DNA of 64,000 nucleotides from Gammaproteobacteria bacterium (GTDB taxonomy: Bacteria; Pseudomonadota; Gammaproteobacteria; Magnimaribacterales; D2472). The stretch lies in NCBI GenBank assembly GCA_038141865.1, contig JAYQIX010000006.1, positions 147,314 to 211,313 of the forward strand. The letters run 5' to 3'. How positions within the stretch are numbered: position 1 is the first letter of the stretch; each line of letters starts with the position of its first letter. This document shows positions 63,642 to 64,000 of this stretch, piece by piece. The notes under the pieces were generated by a model. It was given only the letters and a program-made list of their open reading frames with translations. It did not search any database and was not told the DNA's origin. The translations under genes were made by a program, and so were the position numbers.

Positions 63642-64000
63642 TTATATAAAAATTTCACTTAATGATTCATCACGACTCAATCTCTTAATGCTTTCTGCAA
63701 TAGTAGATGCTAGCGAAATGACGCGTATTTTACTGCATTTTTGTGCTTCGTGGGACAATGGGATCGAATTTGTTACAACTAACTCATCAATTGATGAGTT
63801 TTCTAGTCTTTCAATTGCAGGTCCAGATAAAACAGGATGCGTAATATATGCTTTAACAGCTTTAGCTCCTTTTTCTTTTAATGCATTAGCTGCATTGCAA
63901 AGTGTTCCAGCTGTATCAATGATATCATCTGGCACAATACAGACTTTACCTTCAATATCACCAATAATATTCATTACTTCAGATTGATTAGCAGCAGCTC
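63642..64000 (-). CDS. prs: Ribose-phosphate pyrophosphokinase (C-terminal part; the N-terminus lies beyond the window edge)
   Basis: [41 protein letters not shown] matches the PRPP-binding loop. The reading frame stays open to position 64000. Confidence 0.93.
   Translation of the reverse strand, partial: AAANQSEVMNIIGDIEGKVCIVPDDIIDTAGTLCNAANALKEKGAKAVKAYITHPVLSGPAIERLENSSIDELVVTNSIPLSHEAQKCSKIRVISLASTIAESIKRLSRDESLSEIFI

Overview
This is a visibly AT-rich, very gene-dense chromosomal segment; GC content was not computed. Intergenic spacers are mostly under 150 nt and many genes overlap by 1-17 nt. It looks like a streamlined gammaproteobacterium. The DNA polymerase III psi gene holD is present, along with Bam/Skp/Lpx/Lpt envelope genes, and gene order is close to Pseudomonas and E. 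coli. The taxon cannot be named without a database search. I call 60 protein-coding genes and 3 tRNAs. Nearly all are core housekeeping genes: dnaKJ; rpsB-tsf-pyrH-frr-uppS-cdsA-dxr-rseP-bamA-skp-lpxD-fabZ-lpxA-lpxB-rnhB-dnaE-accA-tilS; valS-pepA/lptFG; dapE-dapD-glnD-map; carAB-greA-rlmE-ftsH-glmM-tpiA-secG; tRNA-fMet-rimP-nusA-infB-rbfA-truB-rpsO-pnp; and prs-rplY-pth-ychF. I found no rRNA, CRISPR array, transposase, integrase, prophage, or recognisable defence or toxin module. The main observations are as follows. (1) Ten single-nucleotide frameshifts interrupt nine otherwise intact core genes (cdsA, dxr, lpxA, lpxB, valS, pepA, tpiA, truB twice, ychF). Six lie in A/T runs of 6-7 nt, so they are most likely sequencing artefacts, and they would be biologically remarkable if real. 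(2) A tandem pair of paralogous ~70-aa hydrophobic mini-proteins of unrecognised family sits between pnp and a tRNA-Met, separated by a perfect 13-bp hairpin. This is the only candidate for something undescribed. (3) Two conserved junctions have exchanged partners, giving dapB>rpsB and map<>carA, and these bound a 38.6-kb block. (4) ValRS has no room for the C-terminal coiled-coil domain, and holC and folP are missing from their conserved slots. (5) Tandem glutathione peroxidase paralogs share a ~128-nt tract of ~93% nucleotide identity. (6) The secG-linked tRNA-Leu is inverted and has its own extended -10 promoter, and the initiator tRNA has a U1-U72 end pair.
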